A DNA stretch of 63,808 nucleotides, filler included, from Collodictyon triciliatum (taxonomy: Eukaryota): NCBI GenBank assembly GCA_043381765.1. It is 5 parts of 5 records of this genome, joined end to end, with 100 filler letters (N's around TTAATTAATTAA, not from the genome) between each part and the next. Parts side by side here need not be neighbours in the genome. Positions count along the whole stretch, not along the records: positions 13,311 to 26,509 come from JBHJMP010002025.1; positions 26,610 to 39,806 come from JBHJMP010002026.1; 3 more parts are not named here. One strand, written 5' to 3'. The translations under genes were made by a program, and so were the position numbers. The notes below the pieces were generated by a model. That model saw only the letters and a list, made by a program, of their open reading frames with translations. It made no database searches and had not been told where the DNA came from. Shown in pieces: positions 13,555-26,962 of this stretch (its first letter is position 1; each line of letters starts with the position of its first letter).

Positions 13555-14248
13555 ATGTATCTAGCTGGACACCGTGCCTCTCATCGTCACATCAATCTGG
13601 ATAGGACATATCCTCAGGAATCTCAAAATGAAAAATACTTTGATGATAATGCGAAAGTGCATCATGCCCCTCATTCATCATCTGTATCACACATTCCAAA
13701 GCCTTCAATCTTTTCAAAGTCCAGTTCTCAGAAGGATCTCGGTACATATGGAAATGATATATCCGCCACAACAAGTCACTCTACCGAGAAGATCAATTCA
13801 GTTCAATCACCCTTGAAAGGATCAGAACCTATGCGGTAATTTCAAATTCTCTTGGGAAATCGATATAAAAAGAAGTCATGTTTTTTTTTATTGACAATAC
13901 TAAATATTATATGATGCAAAAACAGATTGTCACTAAATTTATCAAAACACAAGGGAAACATCGCATGAGTCACTAGGTGACATAAGCTCATCGTCCAAGC
14001 AAGAGCTTTGGGACTTGTTAATAAAATTTAAGGGAGTTTTGAGGGTAAAACAAGAGGCAATCGTTGAAATCAAGTAATTAATCAATCATTGACATTATTT
14101 AATATTTATTTTCTTTTTCATTAAATTCTGTGAAAATTCTTCATTTTTTTTTTTTTTGGTTTGGCATGCATATATTTAGAGAAAGAAATATGCACCTAAT
14201 TTAAGTGAAGCTTTTCATGAAGTGTTAGGGAAGTTATAAGAAGAAAAC

Positions 14249-14344
<96 letters not shown>

Positions 14345-16796
14345 AAAAAGAAAGAAAAAAGAAAGAAAGAAAAAAGAAAGAAAAAAGAAAAAAGAAAGAA
14401 AAAAGAAAAAAGAAAGGGTTTTTGTGGTGAGACTTTCTATTGAGTCTTATCTTAATGCTTGCTAATTTATTACAGAAACCTATTCTCGAGTTTGCAGACA
14501 CAATGGGATAGTGTCATCGCGAAATATAGAAACGAGAATCATCCAGACATCGAAGCTCTATGGCCTGGTTTTTGTAACTTTCCATCGGATATCTGGCAAG
14601 TATTAGAATCCGTATTTGAGCTTCGAAAAAAAATCCAATCAGAGAGACAATCAAACTCACGAATGAACACCGTCGATTTTTGTAAGGTCGAAGATGAATA
14701 TATTCAGTTTATGCTTGCGGTTTCTGGAGTTGGTTTGATAAAGGAATCGTTTACTGCAGATGTGATTATTCAAAATCTTGCTGGGCTGAAAAACAATTTG
14801 CCAAAATCACTTTTGGATTACTATACACAAAAAATCAATCAGGCTAAAGATAAAGTCCAGCTCGAATTCGACGGACCTTTACTTCAAAAGGTATTACTTG
14901 CGAAAGTATATGCCGGATATCATGCATTAAGGCTCAAGGCCGATGTGATGGGATGTGAAGAATTGGAAAACTCATTCAAGGATTCGAAGTATCACATAAT
15001 CACACCCAGGATTCCCGAGCTGAAGTCTCTTATTCAGCGAATTCGCTCCGACACCGAAATATTGGTCAAGTATCAAGTCCTTATAGAAGTTTCTCATAAA
15101 GAGTTTCTTGTCTCGCTGTCCATGCAGCGCGTTTTCCGAAAAGTTAGTGAGCATCATGAATCCATTAATCGAGCTTACAACGAGGCCATCCAGCCCATCC
15201 ACGCCCAGCAACCAACATCACCAACTACAGACCATATCTCACAGCCCGCAACACCGCGAATTGTCGAGGATGAATCATCAAGAAAACAAATGAGTAGCTC
15301 ATCACAGCAGGGATATGTAATGTCGTCTTATCCAATCCCAGACTCTAATTTCATGGGCTCAAATCCGCGCTCAATGTCTTGGACATCAGCACCTTCAGTG
15401 CCTTCGGCACCCATGAGGGTTCAAGGTTTCCCCACAGTAGCCCAGAGTCATCATTCAGGAGGAAGTCCGCTAACAGGACCATACTTTCCCATGGCGCACA
15501 CTATACAATCTTCAGGGCCAATAAGCTCGCCGCGCTCCGGGTTTTATGTTTCTGGCGTGGGTAATCCAACAACCCCGTCTCCAATCGGCCTGGCAGCTAG
15601 TAATTCGGCGTCCCTGGTTCGGTCGATAAACTATATGTCGATAGCATCCACAACGCCAAACCAAGTTGCTTCGCCGGGTGAGTATGACAGGACGAAGGAA
15701 AGGGCCGAAAGGGGAAAATGGAGAGAAATCATATTTGCATGTCTATGACGAACAAAAGATTGTTTTTTTTTTTTATTTCTCATAAGAGATAATCATTCAT
15801 TTACTTTTGTAGTCGCGCAGAGTTCATCAAAGACAGGCAGCAATTCTGGAATTACACAACACGGAACAACAACATCGTCACCCCCACCAAATGCAAATAC
15901 GCAGCAGCCCACTAGCAATCTAACACCATCCTCGAGTGTATCGTCCACACCAAAGCCACCATTGGGGACTTCTGCAAACTCAGCATCTCCTAGCAATAAT
16001 ACTTTCCCTGCAAACGGATATGTTCCAGCCAGTGGCTCGTATACTTTGGCGCCCTCACCCCATCATATGCTGTCTCCAAACGCAACGCAGAGTGGCATGA
16101 TTTCGAATGTGATTGGACCATCGTCCCATCAATATACAGCTTTGAATTCTCCTATTCATCATGGCTATGCTCACCATGTCCAGGCGAATACTAGTATTGG
16201 GCAAAAGGGACACTCCCCTGTTACATCCTATGTTTTTTCCAGCGTTGTAACATCACAATATCAGGAAGAAACGAGGTATTTTATAAATGTAAATTTCCCC
16301 TTCCTTTTCCTCCTTTCTTCCTTCTTTCATTGTATTTATGGTGCTATTGTATCCTGTTTTTATGTTGAATTAACTGTGGTTATCTATTCTGCCCTCTTCT
16401 CTCTTTTCTTGTTGGAATAATAAGAATATGTCAAAAATATTGTTCATTTCTATTTGTTTTTTTTTTCTTTCGTAATACCCTGAAGAGCTGACAGTTGTTA
16501 TCAGCGGAAATGCAGGGTTGGACGTGGAATCTAGTCTGGTATCACCCCGAAACGTTATTATGTCACAAACATCGTCAGCTTCTTCAGCCCACCAATATGT
16601 CGTAAGTTTTTGTATGAATGAACATTGCTTGCGACCGCCGTTAGGTCCACGATTGAAGAACACACAAGCAACGCGAAAAAAAAAAAAGGAACGTAATATT
16701 GATTCCAATTATCATTCTGGGGGGTTTTTTTAGACATCATCTAATCCACAAGGATATCCCCCTGCTGCCTTCTACCACGGATCCTACCATATGTAG
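13555..16796 (+). CDS. Hypothetical protein: central helical domain plus S/P/T/H-rich disordered tail (5' end uncertain)
   Basis: Exons at about 13555-13835, 13926-14072, 14476-15677, 15812-16275, 16480-16601 and 16734-16796 with GT-AG ends; ends GYPPAAFYHGSYHM-stop. No family recognised. Confidence 0.65.
14250..14415. repeat. (AAAG)n intronic microsatellite
   Basis: Visible directly. Confidence 0.95.
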
Positions 16797-17408
16797 CTGA
16801 ACATATGTCTCTATGAACCTTGAAGAGGAAAAGAATAAATGATTACCTGAAAAGATGATAAAAAAAAAAAGGGAAAAAGATAACACACATCACGAAAGGG
16901 AAAAAGTATCTCCACCCTTTCCTACCGACTCTAATCCATCTTAGCATGTGCCCCACACTGACTCATCCGCAGCTCCATGACGTCATTTCCTTAGTCAGCT
17001 ATTATTCCGTATATGGATTAATTTATTGATTTCTTGTCAACATTTCACTGCAAAAATCCCACCCACAATATAAATTTCGAAAAACATTCAGTCACCCCCC
17101 CCAGGAAAACCAATAGCACTCGCCTTCAATCCCACCGCCCCAGTAATCACGCGACCATCAAGAGTCACAAAAGCAGCGGTGTGAATCACAAGACTCGCCC
17201 GGTTCTTCTGCACGGCACCTCACAAGCAGGCTGCCTGCGCGAGTCTGACGAAGCCACACCGACTTGAAACACCGATCACCCTCAATACTTACTGACTAGC
17301 AAAGCACTTTTTATAAGCTAAGTCACTTACAAATGTTTCTTACTCCCTTTTTTTTTTTCCAACTCTGCCAAAGAGAGAGAAAAACTCCACCCACCTACAA
17401 AGTCCACC

Positions 17409-18176
17409 ATGGTCACTGTTGCCGGATTCCAGTCCTCCCAGCTGTTCGAAGAGATGAAGTCTGCCTTGGCTGCCGATCCTTCCCTTGCCAAGAAGGTCTC
17501 TGCCCGCCCCACACCCTTGTCCTTTCTCCAGCATAATTCCTTTCCTTTCCTTTCCTTTCCTTTCCTTTCCTTTCCTTTCCTTTCCTTTCCTTTCCTTTCC
17601 TTTCCTTTCCTTTCCTTTCCTTTCCTTTCCTTTCCTTTCTTTCTCCCGACTGTTTTTCTGGACCCTTTCTCGAGTTCCTTTTTTTTTTTTCCTCAACTGT
17701 GATTAATAACTCTTGGGTCGCACAAACCCCAACCACCCACGCTCAACGCACGGGCTGCTTCGAAACAGGTCAACGGAGTCATCCAGTACGACATCACAGC
17801 AGGAGACAAGAAGCAGTCGTGGACCGTGGATCTCAAGAACGGCGCGACTGTCAAGCTGGGCGCAGCCGAGAAGGCCGACCTGACTCTGATCGTCACCGAC
17901 GACAACTTTGTGGCCCTGGGCAGCGGCAAGCTCAACCCACAGTCGGCCTTCATGAAGGGCCAGCTCAAGGTTTGCCCTTCACGCCACTCCCTTTTGCTTC
18001 CTTGCGCCTCTCAGATTCGGCCCCTTCTCTTTTCTTTTATCGGTATATTTTAGTTTGTTTAAAGTAAGCAAAAGATCTCACTATCCTACCCTGACCAGAT
18101 CAAAGGCAACATGGGTCTCGCCCAGAAGCTCGACGTCCTCACCCAGGCCGCTAAGAAGGCCCGCGCAAAGTTGTAA
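17409..18176 (+). CDS. SCP2: Stand-alone SCP2 sterol-binding domain protein with PTS1 (-AKL)
   Basis: Exons 17409-17495, 17769-17969, 18099-18176 give WTVDLKNG...[43 protein letters not shown]...ARAKL-stop. Confidence 0.93.
17537..17640. repeat. (TTTCC)n microsatellite in SCP2 intron 1
   Basis: Visible directly. Confidence 0.95.
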
Positions 18177-18325
18177 GCAATGCCGGCAAAGCGGACGCCT
18201 CTGCATCCTGCCGCGTATAAAGGCAGCCACCCTCGTCAGACGCTGTTGTGCCTTTGCTTTGGAGGTCCGCCTGGAATATCTTTATGTTTTTTTCCTATTG
18301 TCTTCTGTCCTTGCGCCAGTCAGCC

Positions 18326-21300
18326 TCACTTGAGGGCCTGCGGGAAGATGGCGTACTGGGCCGTGATGCGGCTGCCGGCAAAGAAGCGTCCGTTCAGGGC
18401 CCGCATGGCGTTTGCAGACTCGATCGGGTTCACAAACTCAACGTAGATGAGGCCGCCCTTTGGAGGAAGGCTTCTTGTGGGTGGCTTTGCGCGTGGGTTT
18501 GTGAAGCAGGGGAGAGGGAAAGGGAGATGAAAAGAGGGAAGCACTCACGGGTGTCTTTGTGTCCAATGCAATGTGCACGATGTTGCCGTACTTTGAACAT
18601 TCCTCCTTGACATCCTCACGCACTTCCTGGTAGTATTCCAAGCTCTCACTAGCAGTGTTAAGAAGTGTGGGGTTGATGAAGTGATGGATGGATTAATGGG
18701 TAGATGGATGGGTTAATGGGTTGATAGATGGATGGATTGATTGATTGATTGATAGATGGATTAATGGATGGAAGGATGGAAGGATGGAAGGATGCATTAA
18801 TGGGTTACCCGGCTGAATACATTCCAGTTAGCAGAATGCAGGGCCCCGGATACGACATTGGCGGGGGAATCCCGGTGCGAAGACCGAGCTGCTGCTGTTG
18901 TTGTTGCTGGAAGGCCGATAACATCCGGCAGCGTTTATGTTACATTAGATTTGCCTGGTTTGCCTATGAGTGAGGATATCATGTTTGGTGCTTGTGGGTG
19001 GGCGCTCTTACAAAGGTGCTGGCTGCTGTCGGTTGTGGCCCGGCAATCTGCATCGGCGGCACTCCAATTAAGTTTTCGTTTCTCATCAGTTTGTTGATGA
19101 GATTGACTCGCATGTGGGAGTTTTTCAAGAGTCCGGCACCTGTTTGGTTGAGGAATGCACAGAGGAAACATAGTGAATCAAAGGGGGAGCAAAATGTGGG
19201 CAAGGCTACTCGCTCACTTTCTAATTACAGTTTTATTTTTGTTGAATACAATCTAAACTCATTATTATCCATGCAAATATGGCAACGCGATTTTCCATAG
19301 GAAGAAATATGCACCTTCGTCATCAAGTTCTCCGACACTGTAGGCTGGTGCACCCGTGTTGATTGTCGGTAATATGCGGGGGGTTTCAGAGACCAACGCA
19401 ACTCTCAGCTAATGAAAAAGGCCAGGCGATATGCAATTTTAGAAATGGCAAATGTTCAAATATTGAAAAAGGAAAAAAGAAGCTGGTAGTTGGTTGAGAA
19501 ACTCTAGTGCCTTTGCATTCTCTTTCTCTTAAATTATTTTCAAACAGAATTGATCTTTTCAGGAATCTGCAACTTGGTAAATCAAAAAAAAAGTGTCATT
19601 AATCTAGAATGATATAAATGTAAATATACTATTTTTTCCAGGAATTCTTTTCCATTAAACTCCTGCATCGCCTTCTTCGCATCATCCACATGTCGGAATC
19701 TGGTAAACAAACAACATCAGGTAAGTATGACCTTGAGATGATCAGGTAAGGCTGCTTGGTTCTTCTTTTTTCTTTTCTGATACGTTTGAATTATGTCTAA
19801 TCTTATATTCAAAGGGGGGGAAAAAAAAAGGGGCATAACGGATTAAATTCAGACGTGATGCATGCCGCTCCTTTGAAATCTCCATCACCGTCCTTCACAA
19901 GGTCAACTTCATCGATCGGCCCCATGACCGAGAATAGCTCCCTAATGTCATCCTCGTCCATAGCCTCATTCAGATTCTCGACATTGATTTTCATGGGTCC
20001 CTTGGCCGTGGCCGTCTGCTTTCCAGCAGCCGCAGCGATTCTGTTCTTTTCTGCTTGGGTGTGCTGGATTGTTAGAGGTCGGTTCATGAATATCTTTCCG
20101 TTGCATGCAAGGGCTTTTGGAACACTCTCCAGGTCGGCAAACTCGAGATAACAGAATCTGTGTGATTACAAACCAGAAGTTTAATAATATTAAATCATTA
20201 CTGACGATGTCATCCATTCGTGTGGTGGCATTCATATTTAAGACTGGTTTTCCTTTATTCGAGGCATATATATTAAAGATACAAGTGAACACTAAATAAT
20301 AAGTGTGATAGAATAATATGAAAGAAAAATGGACTCTAATGTTGTACTCCCTTACCCTTTCGATTTTCTTGTAAAGCGGTCAGTAATCAGTTGAACCTAA
20401 AATAGGCAACCTTAGGATGTTGATTCCCTTAACAGAGAGAATGTCTTCGACATAATCCCCAATATGTAAGGAAAGAATCATGGTGCAAGACAGATTAATT
20501 TTTTTTTTTTTTAGAAAAAAAAAAGGAAAAAGCGTTTTTGATCCTCTCAATAACATGATGTCTTTACCTCGCGAACTTTTCCAACATTTTCCTCGAAAAA
20601 ATCACGGATGTCTTTATCAGTTGCTTTCAAAGGAAGCTGATTCAAAAAAATTGTGCAAGCATCTTTCTTCTCCAAGTCTAATCAGACAAGTCAAACATTA
20701 TACTTAAGACAGAAACTGATCACAAATTACCGTTCAACATCAGAAATCATTTAAATACTTTCTATTTGCTTCATTATGTGCATATATAGTCATGAAACGA
20801 ATTCAGGGTGGCAACCAGCTCATTATCATTATTAGGTTATGAGATTACCTTCCTGAGTAGGCTCGGCTTTTTCACGTTCTTTTTCACGTTCTCGCTCCCG
20901 TTCTTTTTCGCGCTCTCGCTCTCGTTCCTTATCACGTTCACGTTCACGTTCTCGCTCTTTTTCCCTGTCTTTGCGGTCTCTATCTCGGTCTCTGTCGCGG
21001 TCTCTGTCGCGGTCTCTGTCGCGGTCTCTGTCGCGGTCTCTGTCGCGGTCTCTGTCGCGGTCTCTATCACGATCTCTGTCGCGGTCTTTGCGGTCTCTAT
21101 CACGGTCTCTATCACGGTCTCTATCACGGTCTCTATCACGGTCTTTGCGGTCTCTGTCGCGGTCCTTGTCGCGATCCTTTTCTCGGTCCTTATCTTTTCT
21201 GTCTCTGTCCTTGTCTTTACGATCTTTGTCTCTGCTGTCTTTTTCCTTGTCCTTTTTTTCGGTTTTCTCCTTTGGTTCAGACTCGATTACATTTTCATCC

Positions 21301-22046
21301 CTGGGATATGGAGTGAGAAAATTGACTTAATATCCTGGGGCGTAGGGAGATAAATGATAAAACTCTGGGAGGTTCTTTATGCGATTTTTTGGATAATGCA
21401 GATACAACGAAGGGATAATATTGTTTCGTTTGATATGTTTTTTTAAAATTATATTCTAATTTTAATTATTGCGTTATTTTTCAAATAAGTATTGGTGTGT
21501 TCCTCATTAACTTTTAGTTAAAAGAAAAACACCATCAATTCTCCATAACCTTTCTTTTCTATTGAGCCTCTAGTTTTTGTTCTAAGGAAGAATTTTACCA
21601 AAAAGCAACAATAATTATGTGAAAATAGGGAAGGGTGTGAGCAAACGCCAACGATTTGTTTCTTACTTTGGAGCACCAGATGACTCAACTTTTGCAACTG
21701 GAGCACTGACTGTAGCCTTCGGCTAGATATGACCAAGTCATAACAAGCAGAATCGGTCAAGTTTTTAAAGTGTAATTTTTTTTCCAGGGTATCCGCATTT
21801 GATTTATTTATTTTTTTTGGTTTGTTTGTTCAGAAGTGCAACAAGAAAAAACAGAGAAAGACCCGATTGAATCGCGTAGTGTGAGTTGATTTTAGTCGTT
21901 GAACTAAGAAACAAACATAGGCATGAATGACAGGGAACGCATCGATTTTTACAAGTTGCATCGATCAAAAAGTAGGAGAAATAGGAAGCCAGAGCACTCA
22001 CATCGAGAGTAGCTTCGAGGTAGGACTCGGGATCGAACTCGGCCAT
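18326..22046 (-). CDS. RBM39: RBM39/RBM23 (CAPER) family splicing factor: charged N-terminus, RRM1, RRM2, C-terminal UHM
   Basis: Start MAEFDPESYLEATLD; RRM1 VQLITDRFTRKSKGFCYLEF...QHTQAEKNRIAAAA; UHM EVREDVKEECSKYGNIVHI...GLIYVEF...ALNGRFFAGSRITAQY. Confidence 0.9.
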
Positions 22047-22636
22047 GATCGACAGTCCTTCACGTGGTTTGCACTGCGAGGACAGCAAAAGAAGAAAACA
22101 TAGCTTCGTGAGAGTAATTTAGGATGCATACTTGATCGTGCGATTCTCGAGTTGGTTTCAGGTCGTTGGTGCTCGAGCAGCAAAAGTACCTGATTTTTGT
22201 TTGACTTTGTTTTCTGTTTTTTTTTTTGTGGCGACTGATTCGATCCTCAAGGAATCTCGCTGGAGATGAATCAGCTTGCGAATGCCGTGCGCTTCAAGCC
22301 CACTGCTCCGTATTTTCCACAAATAGGCAGTCTGTTGGCGACTAGTTTCATATCCATTTAAATGCTCAAATGTGGGTTAAAGTTATTATCTATGTGTGGA
22401 ATATATCTTCGTATTATAAATATTTCTTAATCTATCGGATAAGCATTCAATTATATACAAGAATTTAGTAGCATTATTATATTGTAAGTCATATGTGTAT
22501 AAGGAACACTAGCAATGGGAAAACACACCTAGAAACGCACATATGAAGCTCTTTCCCTTGGCAACGCGGCAACGCAACACTTTTCCCAGGTTCTCCATAT
22601 AATTTCTTTTTTTTTTTCTCTTTCTCTTTCCATTTT

Positions 22637-22721
22637 CTCTTTCTCTTTCTCTTTCTCTTTCTCTTTCTCTTTCTCTTTCTCTTTCTCTTTCTCTTTCTCT
22701 TTCTCTTTCTCTTTCTCTTTC
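22637..22721. repeat. (TTTCTC)n microsatellite in the RBM39 / V-ATPase d divergent intergenic region
   Basis: Visible directly. Confidence 0.95.
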
Positions 22722-22980
22722 CTTACCTTATTCTTAGTCATTCCAGCCTGACACACGCCAGCACCATTCACTTTGCTTCTTTATGCTCAGATCCCCCGTG
22801 GGTTCAGGATACCGTGGAAAAGGTCTCCCTTGAGAAGGCGCCTAACGTAGAGATATTCTAGAGATGTTCGTGTTTATTTTCCTACGATATGTTTTCTCAT
22901 ATAAAGCTGCTGATCAGGACCTGTTAGAAGATCCGCTGCATTTGAACGCCTGAACGAAAAGGCCTAGAAAAAAAAATAGC

Positions 22981-25973
22981 ATGTTTCTGTTCTCTTCTAC
23001 GTCCTCTCTACCAGTCCTCTACAAAGCCCGTCTTCTTGGGACACTCTTTTTTTTCTTTCTTTCTGGGTGTAATACTTTTTTTCTGAACGCAAAAAGGTAT
23101 GGCCAAAGTCAGGGTGTGCGAGGGATGCTTTCTTTCAACATAGATGAAGGATTCCTAGAGGCCATCGTCCGAGGGTATCGTTCAGGTAATTTTATTCTTC
23201 TGCTCTCTCATCGCTTCTTTGACCTTTTAGAATTGGCCTCCAAAAAAAAAAAAAAAGAAAGAAAAATAAAGAAAAGATCCTTTTCATATTCATTTCTCCT
23301 TAGCTTTACGTTACATCAAATAGCAAATGGAAACGTTTGAATATTTCCAATATTTTTATTCCTAAAAATTCTTAGTCTACACTCATATTGGTAAAATCAC
23401 AGCCCTGCAACTTCTCATTTCTTTTTTTTTTTTTAAAAAAAAAGTGTATATGAGCTTTGCTCGCTAATATCATCCCCAATTGCAGGAATACTCACCAGCT
23501 CCGATTACTCAAATTTAACTCAGTGCGACACATTGGAAGGTAATACAGTTTGATTTTTAGTCTATTTTAAAACATCTTCTTATGAAAGGCATAGCTACGC
23601 TACCATTTCCTCATCAAAAATGATTCGGCACAATTTCCAAGCATTTTCGGCTTTTCGATTTTTCTGCTCAATTATGTGGCTCATTCACATAATGGAGCGC
23701 AATTTTTACAACTCTGTGATTATTTTTTTTTATATTTAGATATGAAACTTCACTTGGTGAATACGGACTACGGATCCTTTCTCCAAAATGAATCGTCCTT
23801 GACACCGGCAATTATTGAAAAAAAGTGTCAGCAAAAAATGATAGAGGAATTTAATTTCATTCGATACAACGCAACTGAACCACTATCTACATTTTTGAGT
23901 TACATCACGTGAGTTTTGTTTATGGTGAGACAAAAGGTTTTTATATTATTTGTTTGATGATACATTTTCTGAATTACCCTCGACTAAATCAGGTACGGAT
24001 ACATGATAGACAATATAGTCCTCCTGATAACTGGTGCTCTACACGAGAGGAGTGTGAATGATTTAATAGAAAAATGTCATCCACTTGGTCGATTTGATTC
24101 CATGGGCACCTTGGGTTTCTCAAAGACGACTTCAGAGCTTTATAGTTCTGTCCTCGTAGATACACCTCTAGGTAACAAAACAAAATAAAAATTGAAGAGA
24201 AAGATGACAAATATTCAGGGATCTATATTTGGACATGACTACATTCGCGGGAATTATTTGAATGAATATGATTACTTCAGGTTTATACCATTGTAAACAC
24301 TCACAGTATTACTCTGAATGATTTATTAGCACCGTACTTCATAAATTGTCTATCCGAAGAGGATTTGACAGAGCTTCACACTGAAATCATACGAAATACC
24401 CTATACAAAGCATATCTGGAGGATTTTTACCAATACTGTCAGGTTGCTCAAATATATGCCCACATACCAATTAATTATGATATGAAATGTGCTCCACAGT
24501 GTATATATTAGCCCATAGAAAGGTTGTTACATTCAATTTTTTTGATGCATAACTTGAACAAGACCTTCGTGAAGAAATTTTTGAACGATATAATTGGTTT
24601 TGTTTATACCTTTTTAACTTTGTGTTCGTTCCTAGACTCTTGGTGGGACGACATCGGAAGTTATGTGTCGCATATTAGAGGTATTATTATTTTTTATCTT
24701 CAAAATATATTTTGTTAGTATACCATTTTAACTTTCTCTAGTTATTTCTGAAGTAAATCTGAAGAAATTATTTGAATACCGATACATATACTTCATCACA
24801 CCAAGTTTACTTTTCATCTTATCTCAATTATTAAAATATATTGTCATGTTTTCTAGTTTGAGGCCGACCGACGTTCCATCACAATAACAATCAATAGTTT
24901 TGGAACAGAGTTGACAAAGGATGATAGGGCAAAACTGTATCCAAATTTTGGTGTGGAAGACAATTAAGCACAATTCATCAAATGCCATTCTGCTCTTTCC
25001 CCCTTTTTTTCTTCTGTCTGGTCAATAACTCGGAATTTCGAAGCGAACAAAGGAAAATAATGTCACTCTATATTCACTCAACTCTTGATTACACATGTAT
25101 TATATTACCGAATCGCTCAGCAATATACTGTTACAAACTTTATTTACATATCTTATAAACCAACAAAGGTCTCTTATATCCGGCTGGAATTGCACGACTT
25201 GCCAAGGCTGATGACTACGACGCTGTCCGAAGTGCCGTGGATTACATACCCGTAGTTTTTCGAATTACTCTTATTTCCTTGAAAACACTTTCTATGTATG
25301 TGCGTCTGTTTGTTATATGAGCCAGCCCTAAAGATTGTCCTCGGACCACAGGCATATCGAAACATATTCTCTGAAGTGAGTATGAAAGCTGGGATGTCGC
25401 TCGAAGGTTCATGATTATACATCACTTACCAACAAACTTACTAATCAAAGCAGCCGTGTCAACTATAGGATGATATCATTCCGAGCAATTTCACTCTTTA
25501 TATAGCCATCATCACTTACTCTTTCTTTTAAAAAACACCATGGATAATGCTATTTTTTTTTTTTTTTTTATCAATCGCATATTCCAACTTGACTGGTTCA
25601 GATGGTTTCTTTGAGTTGGAAGTTGACCTGAACAAAGCCTCATTCATGCACCAATTCCACTTTGGATTGTTCTATTCTATCCTCAAGTTGAAGGAACAGG
25701 TAGATTATCTGTGCATTGAAATATCACATCGCAATTGCACATTTTGTATCTGAATCAAAATAAGGAAAAGAAGAAAAAGAAAATAAAAGAAAAGTTACGA
25801 AAAAGTTTTTTTTTTAAATAGTAAAAATTATTACTTTTTGAACAATAATATTTCAAATATTATCGTTGATGGAAAAAAACCATTCCCAGGAGGTGAGAAA
25901 CGTTCTGTGGGTTGCGGAGTGCATCAGCCAAGACCAACGTGATAAGATTGGCCAATACATACCCATCTTTTGA
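22981..25973 (+). CDS. ATP6V0D1: V-type H+-ATPase V0 subunit d (start 22981 via split ATG, or 23125)
   Basis: [73 protein letters not shown] and [14 protein letters not shown]...YIPIF-stop at 25971-25973. Confidence 0.96.
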
Positions 25974-26032
25974 CAAGGAATCCATAAACCGTATCAATCA
26001 CATTATTACGTGTGGAACAAAACTGCACCCTC

Positions 26033-26300
26033 TTATACCGGATACTTATTGAATAAGGAATCAAAATTCCAATATAGGATATCCGATTCGCGAATTATCT
26101 CCACATTTAGATAATCCGGATTTATTGGCCACAGAATCATGAATTCCCAGGAGCTAGATTCAATGAAAACAGCCGCAGTTGTCAAACAACCAACATGGTT
26201 ACGAAGTTTGTGAAGAAGCCGATGAAAAAAAACATGGCGATCGTTTTCTGAGCAAATCACGATCAAAGTCAGCGATTGTGATGTGATGGCGATCAAACGA
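26033..26300 (-). CDS. Possible exon(s) of an unidentified gene at the contig end
   Basis: Non-repetitive open frame ending in TAA at 26033. Frame and splicing are ambiguous. Confidence 0.25.
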
Positions 26301-26417
26301 GAGAGGCTCGGAAAGCAAGTATGACAAAAGGCAGAGAGAGAGAGAGAGAGAGAGGCCGGGGAAAAGATATGAAGCAACTGTGACGAAATGGGGCCCGAAA
26401 CCAAAATCGTAGCCAAA

Positions 26418-26509
26418 AACCAAAACCAAAAAACCAAAAAACCAAAAAACCAAAAAACCAAAAAACCAAAAAACCAAAAAACCAAAAAACCAAAAAACCA
26501 AAAAACCAA
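26418..26509. repeat. (CCAAAAAA)n repeat at contig end
   Basis: Visible directly. Confidence 0.9.
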
Positions 26510-26609
26510 NNNNNNNNNNNNNNNNNNNNNNNNNNNNNNNNNNNNNNNNNNNNTTAATTAATTAANNNNNNNNNNNNNNNNNNNNNNNNNNNNNNNNNNN
26601 NNNNNNNNN
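26510..26609. other. Artificial contig spacer
   Basis: 44N-TTAATTAATTAA-44N. Confidence 0.97.
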
Positions 26610-26730
26610 GAAAAGAACATGATTGCACATTAAAGTCAAATGAATGAGTTTTAAAATTTTACTGACGGTGCACTGATGGATTGCGATCCTCACACAAAAA
26701 AAAAAACCATGGGATGAAAAGTTCTATTTT

Positions 26731-26788
<58 letters not shown>

Positions 26789-26962
26789 TTTTTTTGTTCT
26801 TTTTTTTTGTTCATTTTTTTGTTCATTTTTTTTTTAAAGAGGAAGACCAGCGTACAATCAGGTATCAAATGTTAATTACACTCTTAGACTAAGCAAGCTC
26901 CGTGAAAGTTTCCAACTAACGGAATGATAATAATAATAATGGGAAATCTGATGAAATAGTAT

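Noticed and set aside
20808-21353. Plus-strand ORFs with (RSLS)n or (VAVS)n
   Set aside because: Antisense shadows of the RBM39 RD-repeat exon.
22548-22575. RFX X-box-like GGCAAC half sites (also GTTACC at about 59946)
   Set aside because: No complete palindromic X-box, and half sites are expected by chance.
26418-26509. Telomere-like repeats (CCAAAAAA)n, also (GGATTTTAAT)n at 1-175 and (GGTTTTAT)n at 42240
   Set aside because: Units differ from one another and resemble the many other simple repeats in this window; no common telomeric unit.
26610-26745. About 130-bp duplicate of 30740-30870
   Set aside because: Sits at a contig end and joins through a poly-T run; most likely a misassembly.
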